Shown here in pieces: positions 12,385-23,994 of a DNA stretch of 64,000 bases. The stretch is taken from the NCBI GenBank assembly GCA_030390025.1, contig CM059432.1:21392001-21456000 (forward strand). Direction: 5' to 3'. A program made the translations under genes and the position numbers. The notes below the pieces were generated by a model, which worked only from the letters and a program-made list of their open reading frames with translations, did no database searches and was not told the DNA's origin. Within the stretch, counting starts at the first letter, position 1. Each line of letters opens with the position of its first letter. This DNA is from Squalus acanthias (lineage: Eukaryota).

Positions 12385-14158
12385 GGGCTGGATTTTTCCA
12401 ACCTCGGCAAGTCCGGGGCAGGCAACGTCCGTGGCGTGTGGGGACCTGGCATTTGTCTCGATCCCAACCTCCAACAAGATTTTATGATGATGGGGCATAT
12501 TAAGCCCGCCCTGTGAGGTTCCTGGCCAATTAATAGGAAGTGGGTCTGATGACGTCATTTGATGACGCGTCATCAGCCGGTTTCCTTAAAGGGGCCATGT
12601 CCAAATTGATTTTGACAGTTGTGCTGTCAGTGTTCTGCAGCATTGAGGTGCTGCAAACACTGACAAGCACTGCACAGAGGTGCATGGCTGCACCCAGGCT
12701 CTCCCATGACTCCCTCCATATGCTTATGGAGGGAGTCACAGCATGCAAGGAGATTCTCTTCCCTTCCAATGGGTGGTAGTGACCTCCCCAGGAGATCAAC
12801 ACAGCCTGGTTGCACATTGCACAGGAGGGTACAAGCAGGGAGGTCATCAGGAGGACCTGGCTGCAGTGGCACAAACCTTTCAATGATCTCAGTAGATCAC
12901 AAAACGTTACTGCAAAGCCACACTCAACCTCATACTGCTTTGCCACTCATCACATCCCCATCACTCTGCCTTCCCTACCCTACTCCTGCACATCCTTACT
13001 CACACTAACTTACCTTGCACTTCCACCCATCCCTCTCTATCTACATTATCACTTCCCCATCTCACAAGCCACCCCTCACACTCACCCTCATCCTAGTCCA
13101 ATCATATCAACTAACAACACACAAGGATAGGCACTTGGGTGTTTTAGCCAATGTGTAAACTCTCTGTTAATGTGTTGTCAAGCATTGAAATCCTCATTTT
13201 CACCACTTTGCCATCTTGGACAGATTTGTGCACACCTTTGAAAGTGTCTTAGTGAGTTCCAGTGAATGGTGAGACAAAACGCCCCCACCCAATGGTGATG
13301 AGTGTGAAAGGAATGGCTTGGACATTGAAGGGATGCTTTATGGTGCTGGTGTGGGGTGGTGCCAACCTGGTGCATCATGTGGCAGTCAGGGTGTTCAGTG
13401 TTAAGTGAAGCAAATTTGAACATGGTGAGCCCATCGCTGGTGTCCCGGGCAGCAATGTGCATGGGTGCTGATGCCCTGTGTCCAGTACAATCTCAGTTGA
13501 TTGCGGAGAGGGTTAGTGTGGATGTTGGTGCTGCTGGTGTGCCCAGTATTGCTGGTGTTGGGGCTGATCATTTTGGGGTTCTGAGGACCAAGGTGAGATT
13601 TTTTCCAAGGGCTGCTGGAATAGATGGCAGGTGAGGTTGAGATGACAAGTAATCTGTCAATGTTGAGATATGTTGTTCCAAGGAGGTGACAGTGGATAGA
13701 GAGATTACTCCAAACACTTCAAAAGTGCATAAAGCTCAAAAGTGGGTTCCAAATACTGAAGGCTGAAGCTTCTGAGATTGGAAGTGACCAGCTGTAAAAT
13801 GGTAGCTTTTAGACCACTTTTGCAGCTGTAACCTATTCAAAGAAATGGAGAGTTGTTCAGAACCCGACATACTTACCTGGCGTGATCCCCAAGTGACGGG
13901 AACCTCGTGGGAAAACTTGGGAAAATGCTTTGTACCTGATAAAATGGTGATTAAATTGCTTTAAACACCCTCTTAACTAGCACAATTGCATGACCCGCCG
14001 TTTAGTGCCAGGTCTGCAAAGCGCAGGCAGAGCCGGCACGAGGGAAACTCACAAGGAGGCGGGTTTAGAGCGGGATACCGCCCCGCTGTCAATCTTTTGG
14101 ATTTTGACAGCGGACCCACCTCCGAACCCGCCCTCTGAACGCCGGCAAAATTCAGCCC
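12385..14158 (+). mobile_element. Non-autonomous Harbinger element with Myb/SANT exon remnant
   Basis: TIR GGGCTGGATTTT / AAAATTCAGCCC; TSD TCG; 12685-12890 reads MAAPRLSHDSLHMLMEGV..ILFP..RRTWLQ..FNDL with stops. Confidence 0.88.
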
Positions 14159-14179
14159 TCGTACTTAATAACATAATCT

Positions 14180-14550
14180 CGGCTGAAAGTTCAGTACAGT
14201 ACTGAAGGAGCATTGCATTGTTGGAGGCGCCGTCTTTTAGATGAGATGTTAAACTGAGGACTTGTCTGCCCGCTCAGGTGGATGTAAAAGATCCCATGAC
14301 ACCATTAAATGAAGAGCAGGGGGGTTCTCCTGGTGTCCTGGCTAACATTTATCCCTCAATTAACACCACCCAAAGCAAATTAAATGTTCATGTATCTCAT
14401 TTGTTGTTTGTGGGACCTGCCTGCATGCAAATCGGCTGTCACGTTTGCCTACATAACCAAGTCACTATAATTCAAAAGTAATTAATTGGCTGTAAAGCAC
14501 TTTCGGACATTCTGAGGATGTGAAAAGCTCCATATAAATGCTAGTTATTT
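14180..14550 (+). mobile_element. Deu-domain SINE (SacSINE1-like), 5'-truncated
   Basis: GGTGGATGTAAAAGATCCCATG...TCCTGGTGTCCTGGCTAACATTTATCCCTC core and L2-like tail (GTAAAGCACTTT...TATAAATGC); recognised from memory, not searched. Confidence 0.75.
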
Positions 14551-14639
14551 CCTTTTCAGTATTGTGCGACTTTCCTATAGTGGTCCTGTCAAAAAACAGG
14601 CATAAATTCATTTAATTATTATAATTAATTTATACTTGC

Positions 14640-15155
14640 ATTGGAGGCAGTTCAGAGACGATTCACTAGGTTAATTCCAGAGGTGAGGGGGTTGACTTAT
14701 GAAGAAAGGTTGAGCAGGTTGGGCCTATACTCATTGGAATTTAGAAGAATGAGAGGTGATCTTATTGAAACATACAAGATACTGAGGGGGCTCGACAAGG
14801 TAGATGCAGAGAGGATGTTTCCCCTTGGGGGGAAATCTAGAACTCGGGGGCATAGTTTCAGAATAAAGGGTCGCCCTTTTAGAACTGAGATGAGGAAGAA
14901 TTTCTTCTCTCAGAGGGTCGTAAATCTGTGGAATTCTCCGCCCCAGAGAGCCGTGGAGGCTGGGTCATTAAATACATTTAAGGTGGAGATAGACAGATTT
15001 TTGCAAGATAAGGGAGTGAAGGGTTATGGGGAGCCGGCAGGGAAGTAGCTTTGAGCCCAAGATCAGCCATGATCTTATTGAATGGCGGAGCAGGCTCGAG
15101 GGGCCAAGTGGCCTATTCCTGCCCCTATTTCTTATGTTCTTATGTTCTTGTCTTA
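14640..15155 (+). mobile_element. CR1 LINE 3' end
   Basis: Open ORF2 C-terminus EAVQRRFTRLIP...; (ttcttatg)n tail. Confidence 0.93.
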
Positions 15156-18100
15156 TGTAAATGAAGCCCAACAAGTTTTTATATCCACTAAGAACAGAAT
15201 TGCACTGGGTCCTTCATTTGTCAATCTGGAATAGCTTAAGAGAAGCTCTATGAGCACTGCAGTATGGCTTTCAAAGTGCTGAGGACTTCCACCTCTTTAT
15301 AAATACATTTTCCAGCTTTTCACCTCTAGCTTCCATTTTTTAAATTATTTTCCTCTATGTTTTCAAAACTTTTCAGAATATTTTGTTCTTCTTAACAGTT
15401 TGTTGATGTCTGTGTGGGACTTAAAACAGTCTACAATTGTTTACTAATTCACCAGAAAGCCACCTATAACTTAAGCTTTCCACGATTTCAGCACAAGAGG
15501 GGCTGAAAATAAAAAGGGGACATGAAACAAAAGCTCTTACATTACAATTTTTCAAGTGAGCTTAGGAAACAACAAGGGATCTAATTTAATGGTGCAGTGG
15601 TGGTTGGGTTTGATGTATCATTGATGTAATGGTATAAGGAGACATGCACAAGAGCATACCTATCATTAAGCCACCAAGCATATCTGCAGGCCCTGCCACA
15701 CCTTCCTGCCAATGACTTTAGGGAACTGGCTACACAGGACCAACCTAATGCCAGCCATCTGCTTCAAGAACACTTGTAGCCAACCTACACCATAGGGATT
15801 GAAAGATTTAGGACTTTTCAATATGGACTTGTAATTCCTGTTTTTATGGAAGACTAAAAGAATGGACTTGAAACCCTGGATTACTTGGTAAAAGAGCAGA
15901 ATTTGGTTAAAAGTATGAACAACAAAAAGAAAGAACATGGAACTGTTAAACTTGACTGAAATCAGAAGTCATGCTGGGCTATTGTTAAACTTGCCCAAGT
16001 TTGCAAGGTATCATGGTGCTTCAGACTGCTGAAGAGAGAAAATGTTCAAAACTGGCTGTACTTTCGAAGAACAGGAGAGATTAGCAAACCATAGCAAACC
16101 GTGAGAAAAGAGAGGGAAGGTAAACTACTGGCAGCCTTTTCTGCCAACTGTAAAAAGGTTCAAAAACAGCCATTTTTATAGTGATTTCTAGGAGACAGAG
16201 GGAGAAGCATTTTAAAGAAGGTGTCAAAGAAGAATTAACCTCTCAGTTTCCCAGAGGAGGATTGATCAATCTTGCTTCAGAGTTGTACTCTTGGATAAGG
16301 TTATCAGCATCTTTATCTGTAAAGCTGTTGTGTCTTGATGTCAATAAAACCAATTATTTAGAAAAATATTTCAGTTTCAGTTGATTCTTACCTCTCGTAC
16401 TAAAGAGTGAAAACATTTCTCATCACTTCGCTCAGTATTTTTGCTTCCACCTCCTTTCAACCTAGTAGACGAATCATCTGCAGCTTCAGGCAATGTGCTA
16501 CCCAGACTCATTTCAAACTGGTGACTGATACATAGATCAACAATGCCAGTGCCTTTCCACTGATAGCAACAGCAGCATGGCATGGCTGCCCAATGTCACT
16601 GCACTGTTGCACTTCCCATAAGTTGAAGGATGACAGTCTTGTGGCCATGTTGCAGATCATCAGCAAGTTTTGTCAGTAAGTGGCCATCAGGCAGGTAGGT
16701 TTGTTACAATGATTTTGTGTGGGAAGCCTTTGAAGATGTGAATGTGCTCAGAGTGTCAATTGTAAGTTGCACTTTGAATGTTCCTAGAAATTGGAAGTGG
16801 TCGAGAGTTCTCCTGGGAGTATGGGCATGCATGATAACCAATGAAAGAGCTGTAAGGCTGTGTGAGGCTTGGCATGAGCCAAGAGTAAACGTGGAACAAA
16901 TGGACAGGCAACAGTTTGTGGCATGCAAACTTGAGGCATGCACCTGGTAAGTGGTTCCTTAAGGTGTGCCACCTTCTTTTGCATCTGTTCCTAGGTTCCA
17001 AGGTACTGCGAGTACTGTACTTAGTGCTGGGCATTGCTGTCACCTCTTCATAGAGAAGTTGCATTGTTGTCATTTGGGGAGGGCGCCTTGTAGTGCCAAC
17101 AGGGCAACGCTCCTTGCACTCACCCCAAACAGCAGTGTCTCGACTTTATCAGTCAACAATCAGGGATTTCAGTGATGCCCCAATCCATCACTTGCCCACA
17201 GACTAGGGCCTAAAATTGGTTCGAGTGAACCCCATGGAAGCCACAAACAGCCGCGCCGGAAATTGGACTTATAAAGAAGTTAAAATTAATTGAGATTCTA
17301 TTAGATTCTGCATCAAGAGATCTTAGTTCAAATCAAAGTCCAACTAACACTAAGACATATTAATTCTCCAAAGTGGTGAGTTAGTTAGTTTCAGCAAGAA
17401 TACTTTAGAGAAGGAGGATAAAAATCAATGCGGTGGGAGAGGTCCTTACCTGCACCAGTTTAGTGTTTCTCCAGTGTGCAGTATTAGTGAAAACAGCAGA
17501 ACTGTTTGCCTGTTCAACTATTACTACTCCCTGCCCCACCAATCAGCAACATCATCGCTGAGGAGGATAGCCTGGAAATAAGCAGGAGTTATAACAAATT
17601 TGCAGCATAAAATGAAGGGATAAATCATACAGTAATATCACAAGCTTAGTGCTTAATCACAAGTTCAAAATCTGAATAGATGAAGCACTTAAAAGAACAG
17701 GATAGTTACTTTATTCACTAGAACGTGATCACATTTTTCCCCTTATGTACTCATACCCCATGAAGTGGAAGGCAGTATAACAATAAACTCAATTTGGAGC
17801 CAATATAACACTCAATGTGACCTTGCCCCACCATGCAGCTATTATAATGGCTTGAATCAAGCACACACTGAGAAGTGGCAATGCAATATTGGGATTTTTC
17901 TTTCTCATGCTGGGTAACAATACAGCATTTTTCATTTGATGAGTGATACACATAAATGACAATGTGTGACGACCATTAAGGTTTGTCTCGCTATGTTGGA
18001 CTAGCTGCTTCAGTAGGCTTCAGTCATTATAGCAAATTACTGTTTTCCTTACTACATATCCCAAACGTCAACAAGCTGATAAATACTTTGGGCTGCCATT

Positions 18101-18158
18101 ATCACAGCAGATTTTGTCCCATGGATTTCCTGTACCTCCGAGGGTAGAAATATGTCTG

Positions 18159-18600
18159 GGCCCCGTTTTCAGGCCCAGAATCGGCGCTGGACAGGCAGCG
18201 TGCGCCCAATCACGTGGGAGCAATTAGGAACTGAAATAAATCTGGGTCGCTCATTATCATTAAATAGACAGGCTGACAGAGCTAGTCACGCTATTGATTG
18301 TCAGCCCACCTAAAAGGGAGGGGGGGGGCAGGAGTATCGGGTGTTCCTGCCGCTATTTAAAAGCAATCTGCACCGCTTAAAGGGGAGGTGCACTTTGGCT
18401 GCAGGCAACTGTGACTTGAGTTTGCTCAGAATGGCAGAGCAAAGAGAAGCTGCAAGCACCCCTCCGGATTCTCAGATGTTGCTTTAGATGTATTGGTGGA
18501 GGAGGTCAGCAGTAGGAAGGACCTCATCTTCCCACAAGGTGAGAGGAAGATGTCCAAGCAATCTGGTCGGCAGCAGTGGTCAGAGTTGGCAGAGCAGGTC
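18159..18600 (+). mobile_element. Harbinger-derived fragment with Myb/SANT exon remnant
   Basis: GGGCCCCGTTTT start; 18431-18600 resembles ..RFSDVALDVLVEEVSSRKDLIFP..QWSELAEQV. Confidence 0.6.
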
Positions 18601-19594
18601 AGGAATTAATTCATTGATTGTGAAGCACTTTAGGAGGTCCTGAGGCCTTGATAAGACATAATAAAACATTAAGCTCTTTCTTGCAGTTCAAATAAGCCAG
18701 TCCACTCCATATGATTTACAGCCCTGGAGCTTTCTTTAGTGTTTTTCCAATACATTTACACACACACTATACTCACTGCTGTAATAGTCATACTTATTCA
18801 TTTTTTCTTTAACTAAGCCATGAATATTTATAGGATAGAATAACAAGCATTGAAAGAGCCAGAATAAATTGTAATTAGAACTGGTGATGGTTAGCTTTAA
18901 AGGTTCATTGTGATTCAATTGGCAACTTTCAAATTGACATGTCATTACTGAACTTTGGAGACAGAACATTGAATGTTCACTTGACTTCAATTATGACAGA
19001 GACCAAGATATTATACAATATATTTCTTATGCTATTCCCCCCCCCCCCTCCCCTCCCCACAGTATATGTTTTATTACTGTCATTTATTTATTTTACTGTG
19101 CACTTTAAGTTTTGGCTTGTGACTATTGGGGAATGGAACTATTTTCCACTTTTTATACCTGGTGTCAGCACAAAGAAACGGAAAACTCGGTGTCTTCATT
19201 CATAGCATTTTTTGTTGAGTTTTTCCTGTTTTGAAATACGCTTAACAAAATATTGACTGTAAAGCTAGCTGCATGTACTGTAGTTGTATTTATATGGGGC
19301 ACTAATAAAGCTGGGGCATCATATATAATCCTTGAGAATTACAGACCAGCTAATCTAACCTTGGTAGTACTTGGAGACATTTTATCAGATGCTATAAATC
19401 TAATGAGTGGAGGGACCACAAGGAGCACGCAGTCGGACTTTAGGAGCGATAAATATGCGAGAATTCTTTGAGGTTAGCGGACAAATGGTATGGAGTTGAT
19501 ATAGTTGACTTGGAAATTCAGGTGCCAAATCAATTTGGAAAGCTTAATGGCAAATAAATCAGCCAGGTTTACAATTCCCTGAGGTTAGTGGTGG

Positions 19595-19728
19595 ACCAGC
19601 CCACCATATGCAAGTCGGGAGGTGGCACTCGGGTTCACAGCAGGTTTCCCTCCTATCCGCCCATCTTACTTCTGTTCGCCGAGTGTGCTTGGAGACAGGC
19701 TGACGGAAGCAAAAACCCTGGAATCTGA
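19595..19728 (+). repeat. Unclassified ~130-bp interspersed repeat with an inverted copy at ~21990-22125
   Basis: GCAAGTCGGGAGGTGG...TTTCCCTCCT.TCCG.CCATCTTACT...GCAAAAACCCTGGAATCT shared by both copies. Confidence 0.7.
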
Positions 19729-19939
19729 AACCCTGGCTGCCACAGTTCCAGCAGCACTGCTGTCAGAGAGGAAAATCCTCATTTCCATCTTTAATATGTC
19801 AAAAATATGTCACATCTGCGCGCACAACCTGTCTACAAAACTATGCTTCCTGTTATATTTTTGTCAACTTTTTATTCACGTTATCAGTTCCTACGTCCGG
19901 TTTTATAGTGGCAGGAGGTGATCATGCAAATTTGTCACA

Positions 19940-21315
19940 TTGTAGATTTACAAGGATGATACCAGAAATGCGAGGGTATACCTATCAGGAAAGGATGGAC
20001 CGGCTGGGTCTCTTTTCTTTTGAAAAGAGAAGACTGAAGGGTGACCTAATAGAGGTCTTTAAAATAATGACATGTTTTGATAGAGTAGATACAAAGGGGT
20101 AAAAATTCAGTTGGTTGCGTCTCCCGTTAGCGCCTTAAGAGGGCGCTAATGGGGCGCAAAGCCGCTAACGCCCGGGCGCAGCGATGTTTGCGCCGCTCGG
20201 GAACTTAACTAGAGATTGTGCGGCGGCGCTAAAACTTACCGCTGCGACCACCTGCGCGCGCAGATTATGACGTCATTCCATGGTGCAACGCCCTTGTGGC
20301 GCCCCGGAGCGGAAATTGAGTGGCGCCCCCTGCCTTACCGCCTGGCGCATCCAACGACCGGAAGACTGGAACGCTATCAATCGCTGTGGGGCTGGGGGGG
20401 GGCGCTATTTAAAGGGGGCCTCTTGCTGTCTTTTATTGTTGGTGGCATTTTTGAACTACGCATTCTGAGAGAGAGAGGGAGAGACTTCTGGAGAGATTCA
20501 ACGTTGTGTGAAGGAGTTTTGGGTACTGAGCAGCACTTTGCAGGTTCATTTTGATTTGCCATTCCTTGTATCGATTTAGCAGAGACTGTGGGAGCTGCAC
20601 TCTGAGCTCTTTGCCTGGTACTCTCCATTGTTCTTTCCAGCACATTTGATGTGCAAGTCTCTCCAGGCCGAGATTCAAGGCTGCAATGAACAGGATGTGG
20701 ATGGAAAGCAAGATTAACCATCCCCTTTAAGAACTGGCCCGTGCCATTGTGTGTGTGTTCCATTGCTGACTGACATTACATGAGCTTCGCCAGCGCTCTG
20801 AGGTAGCGCCTCACTCCTTGGCCTTTGCGCCTTAAGACAGGTGTGCAGCGCCTGATTTAGCGCTCCACTCACCTCCCGGGGCGTTAAAAGTGAAGTTTCC
20901 AGTCAGTGGCGATAATTAGCGCCAGGCGCTAATATTTGCGTCCAGACGATATTTGCGCCCCAAATGGGGCGCGACCTAATTTTTACCCCAAAGAGTTTCC
21001 ACTTGTGGGGAAGAGCAAAACTAGAGGCCATCAATGTAAGATAGTCACCAAGAAATCAAATAGGGAATTCAGAAGGAGCTTCTTTACCCAGAGAGTGGTG
21101 AGAATGTGGAACTCGCTACCACAGGGAGCGGTTGAAGTGAATAGTATAGATGCATTTAAGGGGAGGCTAGATAAGCATATGAGGGAGCAGGGAATAGAGG
21201 GTTATGCTGATAGTGTTAGACAAGGAAAGACCGGAGGAGGCTCGAGTGGAGCCGGCATGGACTGGTTGGGCCGAATGGCCTGTTTCTGTGCTGCATATCC
21301 TATGTAATCCAATGT
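19940..21315 (+). mobile_element. CR1 LINE 3' end split by the MITE at 20096-20989
   Basis: RFTRMIPEMRG..FDRVDTK continues after the insertion as EFPLVGKSKTRGH; tail cctatgtaatcc. Confidence 0.9.
20096..20989. mobile_element. 894-bp non-autonomous derivative of the Harbinger at 36038-40234
   Basis: TIR GGGGTAAAAATT at both ends; TSD AAA; both terminal regions closely match the two ends of the autonomous element. Confidence 0.95.
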
Positions 21316-22664
21316 AATTAAAACCTCCCACCAGTGGTGGTGCTGTAGCCCTTCAGTTTTGCATCACTCAGCTCCTCAGTCTGTACTACAGGGAAACTCA
21401 CCGTGTGCAACACCACAGGAATACAGCCAGTGCTCATTATTTTTAGTCAAGTGTTCTAAAAGAAATCATTTGAGATATTCCTACAAATAGCAATCAGGGA
21501 AAATTCCCCCTCCCCATTTTTAATCACAGAATGATGAGTCCAACCAGAGGCTTAAAGAAGCAATATTAAATTCTATAATATATTCAGATCAAGGAAATCT
21601 TCTCTGTTGACTTTATCTAAAATCTAGGATGATAAGTTATATTCTGTGGCTGCCAAAGGTATGCTTCACACTCATGAATCAAATCAAAAGGATAAACCAA
21701 ATGAGCCAAAAAATCTGATCTAACCATGAGTAATATTTTAAGGATGAACAGCAAGGTAATTTTAAACCTGAATAATGAGCATCAGGTCAAGATTCAGGCA
21801 TTTTGATAAATTTGTAATTGGAGCTCAATTTTAACCATTTTGATTCAGAATTTTCCTTCTGCAAAAACAATAAAAGCACAACGATATGTATGCGCAAATT
21901 CAATTCTACACTAATAATATCACAGCAAAGATATGAACGAGTAATGCTATTTGGCTCATCTTAGAATACCCCCATCTGACTGTTCTTAAAGATTCCAGGG
22001 TTTTTGCTACCATCAGGCTATCTCCAGGCACACTCGTGAATGGCAGTAAGATGGACGGAAAGGAGGGAAATCTGCTGGGAACCTGGGTCCCACCTCCCGA
22101 CTTGCATCTGCATACGGTGGGCTGGGAAAGGGGTGGCCAGCAGCAGTTCCTGTGTGTATGTGTGGGGGTAGGAAAGTCAAGGTTGGGGTGGAAAGGTGGT
22201 GGTTGCCCTCACAGCTGCATTTACTGGCTATTTCTGCCACTATCTCCCTCCAATTCAGGTGGGATATCAAAGGAAAACAGCTCATATGTCATCCAATTTT
22301 TGTCCCTTATAGAGTACTTTTCATTTCTCTGTATTAAATTTTATCTGCCATTGTTCCACTCATTTGAATATTTTGTCTTACTCATTCTGGGCTGGCATCG
22401 TAGATATAACTGCCCTTCCTAGTTTGGTGTCATCTGTAAATTTGACCAGTTTGCATTGAACTTCTGAATTTCATACAGTTCTGTTTTGCATCTGTAGCTA
22501 GGCTGCTTTCTGGGTTCAATTTTTCCCATCTGACCAGTCTTTTACCATAGGATCATAGGAAATGACCAGATTAGAAAATACTGACTTGTTTCTGGATATT
22601 CCAACATGAATCCCAACATGAGACCCCTCACCTTTCTTGATGCTCAGCATTATGCCGTAATTTT

Positions 22665-23022
22665 TTTTATTCATTCACGGGATGTGAACATCACTGATGA
22701 GGCCAGCATTTATTGCCCATCCCTAATTGCCCTCGAAGGTGGTGGTGAGCCACCTTCTTGAATATAACTGGCTAGGCCATTTCGGAGGGCAGTTAAGAGT
22801 CAACCACATTGCTGTGGGTCTGGGTAAGGACAGCAGATTTCCTTCCTTAAAGGACATTAGTGAACCAGATGGGTTTTTACAACAATCCTGTAGTTTCATG
22901 GTCACCATTACTGACACTATTCCAGATTTATTTAATTGAATTTAATTTCCCCAGCTGCCGTGGTGGGATTTGAACTCATGTCACTGGATCATTAGTCCAG
23001 TAACATAACCACTATGCTACCG
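22665..23022 (-). mobile_element. tRNA-derived SINE; related fragments at ~29860-30138 (+) and ~48700-48860 (-)
   Basis: Minus strand starts GGTAGCATAGTGGTT with B-box GAGTTCAAATCCC; shared core CTGGTTCACTAATGTCCTTTA.GGAAG; A-rich tail. Confidence 0.75.
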
Positions 23023-23994
23023 CACGCCTATAAATAAAATATTCTAAACAGAAGTGTTGTTGAGCAATTCGCTCCTCTTCAATCAATTAGCTTCTGCCCT
23101 CATTCCCTTGAAGTTTGTTTTTTTAATATTCCACATAGTTGGCTTCTGGTCTTTGATATTTCTGAATCACAGGTTATGTTGGACTTGATTCTGTGGTTGC
23201 GAACACCTGAGGGTTCCTTGAATTTCATTTCTTCTGTGCCAGAAGAGGCAATACACATCTTGACTTGGCAAGTGACTCTGACACAAGATGGTAAATTTTC
23301 CTCTTCACTGTCTGTCACAGGGCAGAACACATGCCCTTTATAGAACCCGCCTAATTTTCATTCCATTGATTGGCATACTTCATGACTCCAATCTCAGGTA
23401 CCTGTCTCAAATTTACTCTGTTACCAAGATTGCTTTCTTTTAGCTCTGCAACATTGCCCGTGTACATCCGTAACATTTCCACCCCACGGCTGAAGCCCTA
23501 GTTCATGGCTTGATCGCCTGGAAGCTTGGCTTCTTTAATACTCTCAATCCTAAACTCTTTGCTGCTGCATTCTCACCACTCATAAAGATCTGGTGTTTTG
23601 ATACTCCACATTTACTTGAAAGGGCTGCTGTATGCATCTTTTCCACTGATGGATGCATGGTCACCTACTACTTACCCCACAACAAAGGAGGTACACTAGA
23701 AAGCACCATATTGAAATGAATGATTTGTGTAGTGTGGAAAGACTGTAATGTGCAACAACACCTTGAGACAATCATTTTATTCTCCAAATCCCCATGGTCT
23801 TTTCAGCCAAGAGGCTAGGTAACTGACAGGCATCTACTGGTATCCCTCTGAATGATTCACAGAGAATTGTGTGATAGTGGTCCAGTGATAGCTCTCCCAT
23901 TGCTTTCTCCTGTGCTCTGCATAACATCTAATCCCCCACCCATTGCCTCTTTAGAGAAGTCTGGCAGATAGCTAGAACTCAGCAGCTGAAGCAT

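Noticed and set aside
15625..16380. Possible solo LTR starting TGTAATGG
   Set aside because: Composition is LTR-like but I could not find a matching CA end, a TSD or a second copy.
23100..23330. 76-aa ORF as a host exon
   Set aside because: No recognisable homology and no convincing splice signals.
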